From the NCBI GenBank assembly GCA_963677485.1, contig OY781964.1:896001-960000 (forward strand): a stretch of 64,000 bases of DNA. The letters run 5' to 3'. The notes below the pieces were generated by a model. The model searched no databases and was not told where the DNA came from. It saw nothing but the letters and a program-made list of their open reading frames with translations. This document shows, piece after piece, positions 61,937 through 64,000 of this stretch. Within the stretch, counting starts at the first letter, position 1. Every line of letters begins with the position of its first letter. The DNA comes from Armatimonadota bacterium (GTDB lineage Bacteria > Armatimonadota > HRBIN16). Both the position numbers and the translations under genes were made by a program.

Positions 61937-63228
61937 AACTGCATCTAGCTGCTGCCATTTCCGTGTTCATGATCACCGCTCAGATGGCGATGGCCCTTCC
62001 GAAAACCCTGGAGGTGCAGTTCCCTCAGGATCAAACCGTGTGGATGTGGGTTGAGGGATCCGAAAATCAACCCTTCACGCCGCCCCAGAGGGCAGATGGC
62101 GGTCAGGCCACCCTCAAACTGGACGCTGTCAACAAGCGATTTGGGGCCGACGCCGAACTCAAAACATCTGCCGCCCACCTCTGCGCACTCAATACAGACA
62201 CAGGCAACCTGGCCATCAAGCCGATCGCCATCGACAGCAACGAGGTGGTGGTGCGTAATGAAGATTTCAAGTACATCAACCGCCTCACGATCCGCGTGAT
62301 TGACAGCAAAGGCTACGCGGTGTCCAGTGCTGTGTTGACGATCAGCGACAGCACTGGGAAAAGCCAGTCGATGGTGCTAACGCCCAGCCATGGCGGCCAT
62401 CTGGATGTGTTCCGAATGCGCACAGGCAAGATCAATCTGGCTGGTAAATACGGCGACAACCTCTCGGCTGTCATCGAGGCGGACGTCAACGCGGATCGTG
62501 CCGACCCCGTGCCGGTCATTAAGATGCTGCTCAGCAGCGGAGCATCTGTGCTGAGCACCAAACCCGGCGAGGCGTCCTCACCGGCATCCGAATCCGAGCC
62601 CACTGCGAAGAGCCAGCAATCGGCACCCGTGCATCCATTAAACGTGTTGCTGGGTTTATTGGTGCTGGCAGGAATTGGATATGGAGTCTACCGGGTGTTA
62701 AAAAACCGCGATGCCAGCCTGAGCGGCGTTTTGAAACAGCTAGGCGTGGACCCCAACGCGGAAGAGCAGATACCACCCCTGAAAGCCATAAAACCTGAAG
62801 GCAAGGCACCTGAAGGTGTGAAAGTGCCAGAGGGCCACTGCCCCTTCTGCGGCAAACCCAAAGAAGAATGCGAGTGTAACAAGCCCGCTCAGATGCCCGT
62901 ATCGGCCCCCAGCATCGCCTCTACCGCGAAGTTTGCGGCATCGCCGGTTTTGGTAGGGGTATCCGCGAATGTGGGCTCTGTGCGGTTCACTGTGCCGGAG
63001 GGTGAGAGTATCCTGGGGCGCGACTCGAGTTGCCAATTGGCCATCGGTGATGACAGCACGGTCAGCCGACTGCACCTACAGTTGGTCTGGCAGGCCCAGA
63101 CGCTGACTGCGAAGGACCTGGGTAGTGCCAACGGCAGCCGTGTCAATGGGCAGACGCTAACTCAAGCCGAACTGCACCCAGGCGATATGCTGCAACTGGG
63201 CACCACAGTATTGCGTGTGGAAGGCTAA
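61933..63228 (+). CDS. Membrane-anchored FHA domain protein with Cys cluster
   Basis: GTG start overlapping the nnr stop with GGAGG RBS; signal peptide, TM, CPFCG..CEC, LGR..VSRLH..DLGSANGS FHA. Confidence 0.85.
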   Translation: MKLHLAAAISVFMITAQMAMALPKTLEVQFPQDQTVWMWVEGSENQPFTPPQRADGGQATLKLDAVNKRFGADAELKTSAAHLCALNTDTGNLAIKPIAIDSNEVVVRNEDFKYINRLTIRVIDSKGYAVSSAVLTISDSTGKSQSMVLTPSHGGHLDVFRMRTGKINLAGKYGDNLSAVIEADVNADRADPVPVIKMLLSSGASVLSTKPGEASSPASESEPTAKSQQSAPVHPLNVLLGLLVLAGIGYGVYRVLKNRDASLSGVLKQLGVDPNAEEQIPPLKAIKPEGKAPEGVKVPEGHCPFCGKPKEECECNKPAQMPVSAPSIASTAKFAASPVLVGVSANVGSVRFTVPEGESILGRDSSCQLAIGDDSTVSRLHLQLVWQAQTLTAKDLGSANGSRVNGQTLTQAELHPGDMLQLGTTVLRVEG

Positions 63229-63231
63229 CAT

Positions 63232-64000
63232 ATGTTCAAACGGGTTTCACTCAGCGTGATACTAGGCCTTGTGGGCGGAATCGCCACTTTCGTCATTCAA
63301 GAACTGCTGGTCGACAACAAAGCGATCATGGGTGGAAGCATCACAGCGGCGCGAGAAAGCTTTGTACAGTCTCTAATCATTGGTGCTATCATGTGCTTTT
63401 TTCTAGGCAGTGCGGACCGATTAGGGCGTAATGACACCCGCGGAGCACTACGGCAAGCTAGTTGGGCTGCCTTGTTAGGTCTTCCTATCGGTTTCATCGC
63501 ATTGAACCAGTCAAACAGGCTTTACACTGATCTGAGTATTCTACTTGGCAATCCGGTGGTTCATGGCCAAGCAGGTCTAGGCGGGTATGCATTGGACCTG
63601 GTTCCACGCGCACTGGGGTGGATGGTGTTAGGTTCCTGGTTAGGATTATCTGCGAGTATTCCGGGTTGGTCATTCCGACGTTGTTGGCACGCCTTTATGG
63701 GTGGTGCAATAGGAGGAGTAGTCGCAGGTGTGTTATTCACACTACTGGCAGCAAGCATCGGTAGTATATACGCCGGCCTATCGGGCAGACCCAATGAAGC
63801 GGTTGAGGTCGGCGTCTTCGGCCGAGCGGTGGGCTTTACAGTGATCGGCGGAGCCGTAGGACTGCTGATGAGCCTCATGAAGGAGATGCTGAAGAGTGCC
63901 TGGATTGAAGTGATCCTGGCCCGCAACGAGACGCAGGAGTTCCCCATCGACAAAACACGCAACATGATCGGCCGATCCGAAACGGCAGATGTGCCTCTGT
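63232..64000 (+). CDS. Multi-pass membrane protein with the start of a C-terminal FHA domain (runs off window end)
   Basis: Hand translation MFKRVSLSVILGLVGG..., Gly-rich TM helices, ending ...AWIEVILARNETQEFPIDKTRNMIGRSETADVPL (FHA GR motif). Confidence 0.75.
   Translation, partial: MFKRVSLSVILGLVGGIATFVIQELLVDNKAIMGGSITAARESFVQSLIIGAIMCFFLGSADRLGRNDTRGALRQASWAALLGLPIGFIALNQSNRLYTDLSILLGNPVVHGQAGLGGYALDLVPRALGWMVLGSWLGLSASIPGWSFRRCWHAFMGGAIGGVVAGVLFTLLAASIGSIYAGLSGRPNEAVEVGVFGRAVGFTVIGGAVGLLMSLMKEMLKSAWIEVILARNETQEFPIDKTRNMIGRSETADVPL

Overview
Bacterial chromosomal window of about 57-60% GC by eye. The lineage is probably Armatimonadota-like, inferred from the paired dockerin-like C-terminal domains and gene content. 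It begins with the str operon (rpsL-rpsG-fusA, minus strand), which has a long structured leader. Next come nadB-hisK-GNAT, murJ and a cluster of secreted glycan-active proteins (DUF4838, GH42, two putative six-hairpin glycosidases, a radical SAM protein, a GH5-like protein, GH20). A visibly lower-GC two-component cluster, an S8 protease, housekeeping genes (ispDF, PIN-TRAM, folC, MFS, PPIase, SPOR, ftsH, tilS, MTAP, gap-pgk-tpiA, nnr), tandem SGNH paralogs and two FHA proteins follow. The most striking feature is a 1,656-bp insertion element with CTAA at both junctions that splits a PAS domain of a histidine kinase. It lacks true terminal inverted repeats and encodes one 506-aa protein with no DDE, HUH or recombinase signature that I can recognise. 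The protein instead shows the motif order of Rep_trans (pT181-type) rolling-circle initiators, and the joined ends would form a hairpin with CTAA in the loop. It is therefore a candidate for a poorly described rolling-circle transposon class. Intergenic regions hold several REP/REPIN-like palindrome families, including a ~170-bp tandem array that is not a CRISPR. No rRNA, tRNA or CRISPR array was seen. All assignments are from motif reading only, with no database searches.
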